A stretch of 64,000 nucleotides of DNA from the human T2T-CHM13v2.0 reference genome, Homo sapiens: the NCBI RefSeq assembly GCF_009914755.1, contig NC_060946.1. One strand, given 5' to 3'. Positions 19,249 through 43,255 of this stretch are shown here, piece after piece; positions within the stretch are counted from its first letter, which is position 1; each line of letters opens with the position of its first letter. The notes below the pieces were generated by a model that was not told the DNA's origin, made no database searches, and saw only the letters and a list, made by a program, of their open reading frames with translations. A program made the translations under genes and the position numbers.

Positions 19249-19520
19249 AGAGACAGGATCTTGCTATGTTGTCCAGGCTGGAGTACAGTGACTATTTACA
19301 GGTGTGATACCTCTACTGATCAGCGCAAGAGTTTTGACCTGTTCAGTTTCTGACCTGAGCTGTTCACCCCTCCTTAGGCCGCTGGTTGTCCCTTGCTCCT
19401 GGAAGGTCACCATATTGATGCCAAACTCAGTGTGGATGCCCAATTGGTAGAGTGCACTACAGCCCAGAACTCATGGACTCAAGTCAGCCTCCCAAGTCCC
19501 TGGGACTACAGGTATGCACC
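19249..19520 (-). pseudogene. 7SL (SRP) RNA processed pseudogene (RN7SL-type)
   Basis: The reverse complement contains the 7SL S-domain (GGCATCAATATGGTGACC, CCTAAGGAGGGGTGAAC, CAGGTCAAAACTC, GCTGATCAGTAG), which Alu lacks. 16-bp TSD AAAATTAACCATTTTA at 19223-19238 and 19521-19536. Confidence 0.93.
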
Positions 19521-19787
19521 AAAATTAACCATTTTAAAGTGTATGATTCAATGGCATTTAGTACATTTATGATATTATGCAACCATTACCTCTAATGTAG
19601 TTCCAAAATATGTTTATCATCCCGAAAAGAAACCTTATACTCCTTAAACAGTCACTTACCATTCCTCCCTTGCCTTAGGCCCTGACAACCACTCATCTGC
19701 TTTCTGTCCCTATGAATTTGCCTACTCTGGACGTTTAATATAAATGGAATCATACAATACGTGACCTATTGTGTCTGGCTTCTTTAA

Positions 19788-20146
<359 letters not shown>

Positions 20147-20612
20147 TGAGTAGCCTGGGACTACAGGCACGTGCCACCATACCTGGCTAATTTTTTTGTA
20201 TCTTTAGTAGACATGGGGTTTCACCATGTTGGCTAGGCTGGTCTCGAACTCCCGACCTCAGGTGATCTGCCCGCCTTGGCCTCCCAAAGTGCTGGGATGA
20301 CAGGCGTGACCCACCGGGCTTGGCCTTGTTTGTATTTTTAGTAGAGATGGGGTTTCACCATGTTGACCAGGCTCAGGCAATCCTCCTGCCTCAGCCTCCA
20401 GAAGTGCTGGGATTACAGGCGTGAGCCACCATGTCTGGCCCAGAATAATGTTTTTGAGGCTCATTCATGCTGTAGCAGGTATCAGCACTTCATTCTTTTC
20501 ATAAGTTGAATAATAGTCCATTGTGTGGAATATACCACATTTGGTTTATCCATTCCTTTGTTGATGGACTTTTGAGTTGTTTCCACCCTTTGGTGATTGT
20601 GAATAGTGCTGC

Positions 20613-20783
20613 TATGAACATTTGTATGTCAGGTTTTGTTAAAATACCTGTTTTCAATTCTTTTGGGTATATGAACATTTGTATATCAGGTTTTGTTTAA
20701 ATACCTGTTTTCAATTCTTTTGGGTATATGAACATTTGTATGTCAGGTTTTGTTTAAATACCTGTTTTCAATTCTTTTGGGTA
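20613..20783. repeat. 3 x 57-bp tandem repeat inside L1MB
   Basis: Unit TATGAACATTTGTATGTCAGGTTTTGTT(A/T)AAATACCTGTTTTCAATTCTTTTGGGTA at 20613, 20670, 20727. Confidence 0.95.
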
Positions 20784-21326
20784 GGAGTGGAATTGCTGGG
20801 TCATAGGATTATTCTCTGTTTCACATGTTGAGGAACCTCCAGACTATTCTCTAAAGCAGCTGTACCATTTTACATTCCCACCAGCAATGTATAAAGTTTC
20901 TCCACATTATCATAAACACATTATTATTAATATTATTATTATTATTATTTTGAGACAGGGTCTTGCTCTGCTGCCCAGGCTGGAGTGCAGTGGCACAATC
21001 ATGGCTCACTGCAGCCTTGATCTCCTGGGCTCAAGCAATCCTCCCACCTTAGCCTCCTGAGTAGCTGGGACTATTCCACCCCAACATGGCATGCACCATC
21101 ATGCCTGGCTAATTTTTTGATTTTTTGTAGAGATGGAGTCTTGCTATGTTGCCAAGGCTGGTCTTGAACTCCTGAGCTCAAGTGATCCTCCCACCTCAGC
21201 CTCCCAAAGTGCTGAGATTACAGGTGTGAGCCCCTGCACCCAGCCATTGTTTGTTTTTTTGATTATAGCCATCCTAGTAGGTGGGTGGGCAGTGGTATCT
21301 CATTGTGGTTTTGATTTGTGGTTTCA

Positions 21327-21635
<309 letters not shown>

Positions 21636-21777
21636 TTAATATTTCCCTAATGACTAATGGTGTTGAGCTTCTTTTCATGTGCTTGTTACCATTTGTTCTT
21701 TTTTCTTTCTTTATTTTTTTTTTTTTTGATCCAGGCCTGGTGAATTCTCCACCAGTCCCTATAAGAAAACCTTGCCC

Positions 21778-25145
<3,368 letters not shown>

Positions 25146-26229
25146 AGAGCATCCTGAAGGTAGTGAGCTCCTCATGTCCTGGAAGGTGACCAAGCACAGC
25201 CTGGCTATTGGTAGAGAGGCTTCCTGGATTCCTTAGGAGGTTGTAGAGGGGGATTCTAGGCTCCTGGGGAGTGTTTTGCAAAGGGCTCTCTTTCCCAGCC
25301 ATGCTCCTGAAGGCTTTTGTCTCTCCTTCTTTGGATACCTCCCTCCTTTGGCAGGACCTGGAACTCTGCACATATATAATGGTGCTCGAGGCAGCTACCA
25401 GGGCAGGTGCCTTGTGCAGGTGACCTAGCACCTTATCTCTCCTGTCCCCATCTCTCCTCCTGCCTTTTCTGGCTTACCTCTTAGAGCAGAAATAACCCAA
25501 GGCCAAATATTAACTGTGAAACCATAAAACCATGTGAATGTCAGGTGGCTTCCAGTGGCCTGGACTCTTGGTGCCCTGTTATCAAGAAATGCTGTCTCAC
25601 CTCTCAATGGGTGGGGAGGGTGGAGTGGCTGGGATGATGATGAGGGACCCAGAACTTTAGCCTTCCACCCAAGTGGAGTGGTGGGCAGAGGATGCCTCTG
25701 TTGCCTGAGGCTTCCATGGGGATTGTTGGAATCTGATCCTTGGGGCTTGGGGAGAGACCACTGCAGCGTCTTTTAGCATCAAGAGATGCTAAAGGTGCAA
25801 TCAGGAACTCTCTTAGTTTATGCAAAGTTTTCACAGGCACCTACATAGTACTGGAATACGCATCTACCACTCATGTACCCTGGTATACACGCATCTGTAT
25901 ACTGTGTCTTACTCATCTTCAGAACTTGGCACAGTGCCTGCAACACCAATACATCTTTGTTGAACTGATGAGTGCACAGTGAATGAACAAATATTTGTGC
26001 CCACCCACACACTCATCCACACATGTAGATATTTGCAGGAGGGTACCTGTAGATACACATGCATGTTCACATTATACCTACACAACACACACACACATTC
26101 AGACCAAACACAATAGCATAAATACACCTGTCCGTACACACCAGCACGGAATAGATACATGCATATGAATATGTATGTAAATTTACAGATTCCTGAATGA
26201 TCCGGCGGCATGGCAGAGGTGGTGCCTAC

Positions 26230-26600
26230 TGATATGGCTCCGATGACTGGAGGAACACCAGGGTCCTTGGTCTTGCGCCAATGTAGGTAAGTGACACGGA
26301 CACACACGGAGTAGTTTTAAGGAGCAAACAGTTTAATAGGCAAGAAAGAAGAAAAAAAGAAGAAAACAGCTCCCCTGTACAGAGACAGAGGTGGGGGCTC
26401 GGAACAAAGAGAAACCCCGTGTGTGGCGGAAAAAGTGGTTGCTTATATTGGGATGCTGGAGGAGGCGGTGTCTGGTCTGCATAGGGCCCAGGGGATTGGT
26501 TTGACCAGGTGTGTCATTTACGTAGCCGAAGAAAAACCTGGCCCTCCCACCTTAGTCCTTTAATATGCAAATGTGGGTCGCCATGATGTTCAGAACATCG
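26230..26600 (-). mobile_element. ERV1 solo LTR, MER61-like
   Basis: TGATATGGCTCCGATGACTGGAGGAACACCAGGG end. On the minus strand the order is octamer (26565-72), CCAAT (26495-99), TATA-like (26442-48), ATTAAA (26332-37). Confidence 0.7.
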
Positions 26601-26656
26601 TTTTTGGACTGGAAAGACCACCTCTCGGTTGTATGCTGGGATGCCTGCACACACTC

Positions 26657-27373
26657 TGTTATGAACTGAATTGTATCCCCTGCTAAAATTTATATGTTGA
26701 AGTCCTAACCCACAATACCTCAGAATGTGACTATATTTGGGGAGAGGTCTTTTAAAGAGATAATTAAGGTTAAGTGAGGTCATATGGGTGGGCTCTGATC
26801 CAATCTGACATCCTTATAAGAGGAAATGTGGGCCAGGCGTGGTGGCTCTCACCTGTAATCTCAGCACTTTGGGAGGCCGAGGCGGGTGGATCATCTGAGG
26901 TCAGGAGTTCGAGATACGCCTAGTTAACATGGTGAAATCCTGTTTCTACTAAAAATACAAAAAATTAGCCGGGTGTGGTGGCACGTGCCTGTAATCCCAG
27001 CTACTCGGGAGGCTGAGGCAGGAGAATTGCTTGAACCCGGGAGGCAGGATTGCATTAAGCCGAGATGGCGCCATTGCACTCCAGCTTGGGCAACAAGAGT
27101 GAAGCTCCATCTCAAAAAAAAAACCAAAAAAAAAAAGAGGAAATTTGAACGTACGAAGAGGCATCAAGGATGCATGCACAAAAAGAAAGACCACGTGAGG
27201 ACAAGGGAGGAGACGGCCATCTGCAAGCCAAGGAGAGAGTCTCAAGGAGATAACAAACCTGCTGCCTTTAATTTTGGGCATCTAGCTTCCAGAACTGTGA
27301 GAACATACATTTCTGTTATTTAAGCCATCCAGCCTGTGATATTTAGTTATGGCAGACCTAGCAAAGTAATAGA
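26657..27373 (+). mobile_element. MLT1A-type MaLR solo LTR with an AluS inserted (26831-27135)
   Basis: TGTTATGAACTGAATTGT...GTTATGGCAGACCTAGCAAAGTAATAGA; 5-bp TSD CACTC (26652-56, 27374-78). Confidence 0.85.
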
Positions 27374-27564
27374 CACTCCAGAACTTTCATTTCTCTCTTC
27401 TCTAGATTTTGCACAGCGGGAGGAGGGAAGGGGCTGAGGAGACCTCACCACTACAAGTAGGACCAAGTTCAGTGTCTCTTGGCTTCTTGCAATCTCTTGG
27501 AGAAAATGTACTGGGCTGGCTGGGAGCTGCCCTTGGCTGTTGTTTCCTTAAAGAATCATGATAG

Positions 27565-27897
27565 GGCTAGCATGGTGGCTCATGCCTGTAATCTCAGCAC
27601 TTTGGGAGGCCAAGGCAGGATGATTGCCCGAGGCCAGGAGTTTACTGCTAGCCTGGGCAACATAGTGAGACCTCATCTCTACCAAAAAAAAAAAAAAAAA
27701 AAAAAAAAACAAAACAGAAAAAGCCAGCTTAGCCAGGAGAGGTGGTTGGTGCATGCTTGTAGTCCCAGCTAATCAGGAACCTGAGATGGGAGAATCACCT
27801 GAGCCCAGAAGTAGGAGGTTACTGTGTGCCATGATCACACCACTGCACTCCAGCCTTGGAGACAACAGTGAGACTCTTGCCTGAAAAAAAAAAAAAG
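27565..27897 (+). mobile_element. AluJ
   Basis: Alu match; TSD AAGAA(T/C)C(A/G)TGATA. Confidence 0.9.
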
Positions 27898-29783
27898 TTA
27901 AGAACCGTGATAATAGGTGGAGGAAAACAGTCTTAAGATTCTAAAAGGGTGAATCCCCAAGCAGGCTGGAGCCAGTGTGAAGATACTTATGAAGTGTTTG
28001 TGTGTGTGTTTGTGTGTTCACATGTTGGTATGGAGGCAGCCCCAGCCTGCTGTTTTTTTTTTTTCTTAAAAAGAGGGTGATGCTATGATTTCACTGTGTG
28101 CTGCACATTTCAAAGTCCAAGACTAGGAGGCAAGAACTCTGGCTTGAGTTTTGGGTTCTACCACCAACTTGCTGCATGGACTTAAGAAATTGCTTCACTT
28201 TCATGGACTCGGGATTCTCATTTACATGGTTACTTGTTTCACGGGGTTCCTGTAAAGGATCCAAGGAGCTAAGGGAGCTACAGGTGCTTTGAAGAGTTAA
28301 GAACATTAAGAACTTTTCCTAGCAGCCAGGACTTACTTTTCAGCTGGGTGAAAAGCATTTCACATAGTCTGGCATCCTCAAAAATGAACCTGTGCTGAGC
28401 CCTGTGCAGTTCATATAATAAAGGGCTAAAGACAGCATACTTTCTATTCTCTAGGGGGTAGGCCAACCAAGAATACCCACAGAGGCTGGTCACTATGACC
28501 CCAAGCAGTCAGCCGTATACTGGGATAGAGTATAGTATAGAGAGGTGCTAAAGATGTTGTGGTCTTGGGGCTTTGGGAAGTCAGAGAAGGTTTCATGGAG
28601 GTAGTGAGGATTGGCTGAATTTGGTTGGGTAGATGGTGGGGATTGGGGGTAATGGAGTATTCTGAGTGGAAGAGTCAGGATGGCCCTTGGTCTACGGAGG
28701 CAGGAGAGGAATGATGCCACATCAGAGTTACAGGTAAAGATTAAAAGGGAAAACCAGAGTGACGAGGTTAATTTTTGAGTCCTTCCTGGAACTGACCCAG
28801 CCCAATGGTTAATCTTTTTGGCCCCTTGGACCCTGTCCCAGGCATACATACACACAACCTGGGGATCCAGAGCAGCCCAGAGCAGAGCTGAGGGGGAACT
28901 TGGAGGTCACCCTGCTCAAGCCTGACCCGATTCCAGAAGCAAAACGGAAGACAGATAGAGGGACTGAGATTTCACAGGGAGTTAGTTGGCAATGCAGGGA
29001 TTTGAGCTCAGGTCTCCAGAGACAGAGTCTAGTACCTTTTCTAGGTCTTAAAAGTGGACTGGGTTTCAGAGGTTTTTACCTAGTGTTGGGGAGGATTGAG
29101 AGTTTGGATCCTAACTTGTAAGTGTAGCTGTATTTGTTGATTGTTTCTGGGTGCAGAGCCTAGGATTGCACACTGGATAGGCTCCTGCAGGTAACTGAGG
29201 TGGGCAGTTCCCTTGCCCTGGGGACTTCAGGGGTGACCAGAAGGCCCTCCATGTTCCTGCCTGGCTAACTGATAGCTACCATTTCACTAGAAGGGCTTCA
29301 TGCCCACAGCTCTAGGCTTTGATCTTTTTCACAATGCTATTTTGCTCTGGGAGGGACATTCATAGCAAACTTTGAATCAGTTGATGACATAACTCAGTGT
29401 AAAGTGGGTGTGGGGGAGGGAACAGATCCTTTCCTGAGAGCTAATTTTGATGGGGAAAGAGAGCATGAAGGTATTTAGTGTGATGAAAAGACAAAGGCAG
29501 CCAGGGAGGCCCAGCCTTTAGGATCTAGTCTGGAGGTTCGGAGCTTGGTTTCAGAATTAGGCAGATTTTTCTTTTCCTTGTTAAAAAAGCAATATCACCT
29601 AATTACAGATTAATCAGAAAACACAGAGAGCAATGATAGCAGAAGAAATAATCCCTACAGTCCCATTCTCCCCTTCTCCCTTAGATGGCCATTATTAGTG
29701 CCTGAGAATAGTCCCTCTAGTCCCTTCTCTATGCATATTTTATGTATGCATGTGTGTGTACATATATAATGTACATGTGTGAG

Positions 29784-30275
29784 TTTCAGACTTCTAGCCT
29801 CCGGAACTGTGAGACAAAAAATTTCTTTTTCTTTTTCTTTTTTTTTGAGACAGAGTCTGGCGCTGTTGCCCAGGCTGGAGTGCAGTGGCGTGATCTTGGC
29901 TTACTGCAACCTCTGCTTCCCAGGTTCAAGCAATTCTCTGCCTCAGCCTCCTGAGTAGCTGGGATTCAGGTGCCCGCCACCACACCCAGCTAATTTTTGT
30001 ATTTTTAGTAGAGACGGGGTTTCACTATGTTGGCCAGGCTGGTATGGAACTCCTGACCTCGTGATCCGCCCGCCTCGGCCTCCCAAAGTGCTGGGATTAC
30101 AGACGTGAGCCACTGCACCTGGCCGATACAATAAATTTCTGTTGTTTAAGCCACCAGTTGTGGGACTTTGTTATGGTAGCCCTAGCAAATGAATGCAAGT
30201 GCCCTAGAGCCGTGGTTCTTAAAGTGTGGTTCTTGGACCAACAGCATCAGCATTACCTGGGATTTGTTAGGCAAC
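29784..30275 (+). other. Inverted local copy of the MLT1B/MER5A junction from 32363-32541, later split by an AluS (-, 29827-30124)
   Basis: About 180 bp of reverse-complement similarity spanning the same junction between two unrelated repeats. Confidence 0.8.
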
Positions 30276-30483
30276 GTGTGTATATACATTGATATTATTT
30301 ATATGTCTAGTATATGTATGTGTATATAAGTAAAAAGTAGTATATAACCTCCTTGCTTTCACTCTGATCTGGAAAGTTTGCTGAGCTGTAGACTGGGCAG
30401 CACATGCCTGTGGACATCTCAAAGCAGGTCCCTCTTGTGCCAATTTGTTTTTATACCCTCTTCTTGTCTCCCTTCATTACCCT

Positions 30484-31560
<1,077 letters not shown>

Positions 31561-31564
31561 TGTG

Positions 31565-31772
31565 GTAGTAGTGATGTCTGATATAACTTTCTGTTCTGAT
31601 GGAAATGTTCTATATTTGTGCTGTCAAATACAGTAGCCATGAGCCCTATGTGGCTACTGAGCACTTGAAATGTGCCCAGGGTGACTTGAGGAACTCAATT
31701 TTCAGTTTTATTTCATCTTAATGAATGTAAATTTAAATAGTTATTTGTGCCTGTGACTCCTGTATTCAATAG
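31565..31772. mobile_element. MER3
   Basis: AACTTTCTGTTCTGATGGAAATGTTCTATATTTGTGCTGTCAAATACAGTAGCC. Confidence 0.8.
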
Positions 31773-32034
31773 GGTATTATTTTCTGAGGGCTGCTGTAAC
31801 AAATTACCACAAATTGGGTCACTTAAAACAATGGAAATTAATTTTTTCATAGTTCCAGAGGCTATGAGTGAATAAACAAGGTGTTAGCAGAGCCATACTG
31901 CTTCTGAAGGCTCTAGGGAAGAATCCTTCCTGGCCTCTCCTCCAGCTTCTGAGGGCTTCTGGCACCCTTGGTGTTCTTTAGCTTGTCGATGCATCACTTC
32001 AGTCTCTGCCTCCATTGTCACATGGCATTCTCCT

Positions 32035-32067
<33 letters not shown>

Positions 32068-32243
32068 CTCCAAATCTTGCTATCTTTATAAGCACACCAG
32101 CCATTGGATTTAGGGCCCATCCTAATCCCGTATGACCTCATCTTTACTAATTACAACTGCAAAGACCCTATTTCCAAATGAAGTCACATTCTGAGGTTCT
32201 GGGTGGACATGAATTTTGGGAAGACAACAATCAACCCAGTATA
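31773..32243 (-). mobile_element. MLT1C-type MaLR LTR containing (TG)n
   Basis: GGGCTGCTGTAACAAATTACCACAAA...AAAGACCCTATTTCCAAAT...CACATTCTGAGG. Confidence 0.8.
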
Positions 32244-32261
32244 GATAGAATAGCTCTAAAG

Positions 32262-32427
32262 CACTGGTTCTTAAATTTAGTGTGCATCAGAATCACCTGG
32301 AGGACCTGCTGAACCATAGCTTGCTAAGCCCCATCCCCAGACCTTCTGATTGGTAGGTCTTGTTTGTCTAACAAATCCCATGTGTTTTGATGCTGCTGGT
32401 TCAGGGACCACACTTTGGGAACCGTTG
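32262..32427 (-). mobile_element. MER5A
   Basis: GTGCATCAGAATCACCTGGAGG...GATGCTGCTGGTTCAGGGACCACACTTTG. Confidence 0.85.
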
Positions 32428-32439
32428 CTGTAGTACTCT

Positions 32440-32856
32440 TGCATTCATTTGCTAGGGTTACCATAACAAAGTCCCACAAACCTGGTGGCTTAAACAATAG
32501 AAAGTTATTGTCTCACAGTTCTGGAGGGTAGAAGTCTGAAATCAAGGTGTTGGCGGGGTTGGTTCCTTCTGAGGGCCTTGAGGGAAGATCTATGCCAGGC
32601 CTCTCTCCTTGGCTTATAGATAGCAGTCTTCTTATTGGCATGGCATTTTCACTGTATGTGTGTCTCTGTGTCCAAGTTTCCCCTTTTTATTAGGACAACA
32701 GTCACATTGGATTAGGGCCCACCCTAATTACCTTATTTTAATTTGATGACCTCTTTAAAGACCCTATCTCCAAATAAGCTCCCATTTTGAGCTACTGGGA
32801 GTTAAGACTTCAATGTGAATTTTTTTGAGGGATGAGACACAATTGAACCCATAACA
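32440..32856 (-). mobile_element. MLT1B-type MaLR LTR
   Basis: GCTAGGGTTACCATAACAAAG...TCTCACAGTTCTGGAGG...AACCCATAACA. Confidence 0.8.
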
Positions 32857-33558
32857 GAGCTTGACTATGCTTTTGGCACCTTGAGCTACGGGGTACCTTC
32901 TTGGAGCTCCTGTGTACAAGATAACCATGCTTCTCTTGTCTTTAAACTCTGGACAGAAGCTGGCCTGTATAAAAATTTCTACGACTAGGAGGCAGGAGTC
33001 TTGGCTTCCAGTTCTGCTCTGTTGACACCTGACTGGGGAATTGGACAAATAACTTGTCTCAAGGTCATAGTATCTCCTTGGTCTTTGGTGAGCTCTGACG
33101 ATCTGTGATTCACAGGTGACAAGACAAGGTTAGTTTTTGGTTTGTTCTTGGCCTCCGTTCTGTCTTGTAGATTCTCATTTGTGCTAATGAGACCAAGGCT
33201 GGGAATTTGATCCTTTCGGGCTCATTGATTTTTTTCTATGCTCTCTTTATCAATATTTTACTCATTCATCCAACAAACACTTATTGAGCATCTCTTGTGT
33301 AGTAGGCATTGTGCTCAACAGGACAGGGTCTCGGCTCTTCTTAGCTCACCCTGGTGGTGAGAGACATATAAGCAGATAATCAGAAATACTTTTTTTTTTT
33401 TTCTCTTGAAGAGACAGGGTCTCCCTGTGTTACCCAGGCTGGTCTTGAACTCCTGGGCTTAAGCAATCCACCTGTCTTGGCCTCCCAGAGTACTGGGATT
33501 ACAGGCATGAGCCACTGTACCCAGCCTGAGAAACACATTTGATGAGTATTATGGCTAC

Positions 33559-34183
33559 TGTTAAATTTTTATTTATTTATTTATTTTTTGAGACAGGGTC
33601 TCACTCTGTCACCTGGGCTGGAGTGCAGTGATGCGATCATAGTTCACTGCAGCCTCGACTTCCTGGGGTCAAGTGATCCTGCCACCTTAGCTTCCCTAGT
33701 AGCTGGGACTATAGGTACGTGCCACCACATCTGGCTAATTCTTATTTTTTTTTAAGAGATGGGCTTTTGCCATGTTGCCCAGGCTGGCCTTGAACTCCTA
33801 GGCTCAGTCAGTCTGCCCACATTGGCCTCCCGAAGTGCTGGGATTACAAGTGTGGGCCACTGCACCCAGATAAAATTTTTAATTGGGAAGCCATAGGCTG
33901 ACATGGCTCCAGCATATTAAGCCCCACTGTAAACAGTAAAACAGAATTAGAGATTTCATCAATCAGAAACGTCTAACTAACTTCTAAATAGGGACTTTTT
34001 GCTCTAACCAATCAAATATGTTTTCTTTGTCTTTCTTCCACAAACACGTTATGAAAGTTTCTCACCCCCATCCCCCAGTGCAGTGCAAAATTGCTTGTGG
34101 TCTGGTGCTACCTGATTTATGAATCACTGTCTGCTAAAATAAACTCTTTAACATTGTAATGTGCCTAAGTTTATCTTTTAACA
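33559..34183 (+). mobile_element. ERV1 solo LTR, MER93a-like, with an AluJ inserted (33566-33870)
   Basis: TG...CA ends, AACCAATCA box, AATAAAC...GTGCCTAAGTTTATCTTTTAACA; TSD CTAC/TTAC. Confidence 0.7.
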
Positions 34184-34281
34184 TTACGTGATAAATATAA
34201 TGTGCTATGGGAACTAGGATGGTAGGGTGGGTAGTTCTGCTTGGGGGTGTCAGAAAAGAATTTAATGAAGAGATGAGCTGT

Positions 34282-37885
<3,604 letters not shown>

Positions 37886-38077
37886 AGAAGAATATTAGTT
37901 TCTATTCATTGAGTGCTCACTAAATGCTCAAAACTGTATTAAGCAATTTACATATACTGTCTCACCTAGTCTTCGTAACAACCCATGAATCAGATATTAG
38001 CACTCCAATTGTTTCTCACAGGAAGACTGAGGCTGTGGTAAAGTCCCAGTACCCGAAGGGATTATATGCACATCAGT

Positions 38078-38467
38078 GTTTTTTTTTTTTTTAATTTTAC
38101 TTTAAGTTCCGGGATACATGTGCTGAACATGCAGGTTTGTTACATAGGTATACATGTGGTATACATGTTACATAGGTATACATGTTACATAGTTATACCT
38201 ATGTATACATAGGTATACATGTTACATAGTTATACCTATGTATACATAGGTATACATGTTACATAGTTATACCTATGTATACATAGGTATACATGTTACA
38301 TAGTTATACCTATGTATACATAGGTATACATGTTACATAGTTATACCTATGTATACATAGGTATACATAGACCCATGGTGGTTTTCTGCCCCTATCAACC
38401 CATCATCTAGGTTTTAAGCCCCACATGCATTAGGTATTTGTCCCTCCCCTTTCCCCTTACCTCCTGA
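38078..38467 (-). mobile_element. 5'-truncated L1PA (PA8-like) 3' end hosting a minisatellite
   Basis: TTTAAGTTCCGGGATACATGTG...CCATCATCTAGGTTTTAAGCCCCACATGCATTAGG; TSD CACATCAGT (38069, 38468). Confidence 0.85.
38169..38368. repeat. 37-bp minisatellite (5 perfect copies + partial) containing a 24-bp palindrome
   Basis: Unit TACATAGGTATACATGTTACATAGTTATACCTATGTA at 38169, 38206, 38243, 38280, 38317, and partial at 38354. Confidence 0.97.
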
Positions 38468-38600
38468 CACATCAGTCTTTTTGATATAGCTTGCCAAGTT
38501 CACATAACTGGCAATTCACAGAAGCAAACTTTGATGTGCAGCTGTGTTCTGACTACAAAACCTTTGTTCTTAACCACTAGGATCTTAACCATTTGTGTTT

Positions 38601-39392
<792 letters not shown>

Positions 39393-39593
39393 ATTTTTAT
39401 GTCAGGGTTGGAGAGAAGAAGCAAATTTATTTTTACTTTTCTTATTATTTTTTGAGTCAGAGTCATACTCCGTCACCCAGGCTGGAGTGCAGTGGTGCCA
39501 TCTCAGCTCACTGCAACCTCTGCCTCCTGGGTTCAAGTGATTCAGCATCCTGAGTAGCTGGGATTACAGGCACACACCACCATGCCTGGCTAA

Positions 39594-39743
<150 letters not shown>

Positions 39744-39809
39744 TGAACAGCAGCATGAGACAACTTCCACAGCCATCATCCTCAATTTAGAAGGAGCAGC
39801 TAGCTACTT

Positions 39810-42604
<2,795 letters not shown>

Positions 42605-42610
<6 letters not shown>

Positions 42611-43255
42611 TGAGGTGTAATATGATTGGATCTTGCAGTGAGGTGATCCTGAGAGGCATTATCTGACTGGATCCTGCTCTGGGGTGATACCAGAGCTCCA
42701 TCCAGGGTCCTGGATCCTGCTACGCGGTATCCACTTTTATTTATTTTTATTTTTTTAGAGACAGGATTTCACTCTGTCACCCAGGCTGGAGTGCAATAAC
42801 GTGATCATAGCTCTGCATAACCTTGAACTCCTAGGCTCGAGCAATCCTCCTACCTCAGTCTCCCAAGTAGCTAGGACTACAGGTGCATGCCACCACACCC
42901 AGCAAATTTAAAAATAAACTGTAGAGGGGGGTGTCTCACTATGTTATCCAGGATGGTTTCAAACTCTTGGGCTCAAGTGATCCTCTTGCCTTGGCCTCCC
43001 AAAGTTCAGGCATGAACCACTGTGCCCAGCCAGTGTCTGCTTCTCAATTGAGTCCCTGCTCTTGGGTCTGAGCAATTAGATTCCCCCTATAGTTACACAC
43101 CTGGTTCATCTGGACACGCTCAGGTTATGTGACCTGAGGGTCCGTGGCAACTGAAAAACAACTCACAACTTTGTTACATAAAACTTGAACCAGATTGGGA
43201 AAAAAAAAAAAGGAAAAAAAAAAAAGTTGAACCAGATTGGTCCAGTGCGGCTACA
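42605..43255 (-). mobile_element. ERV1 LTR 5' part, MER66-like, interrupted by an AluJ (42735-43031) and a solitary polyA insertion
   Basis: Minus strand TGTAGCCGCACTGGACCAATCTGGTTCAAC...TGTAACAAAGTTGTGAGTTGTTTTTCAGTTGCC, with repeated GGATCCAG/GATCCAATC motifs. Confidence 0.7.

Noticed and set aside
38169-38368. 37-bp repeats resembling a CRISPR array in length and palindromicity
   Set aside because: Units are head-to-tail with no unique spacers, derive from L1 sequence, and lie in primate DNA with no cas genes.
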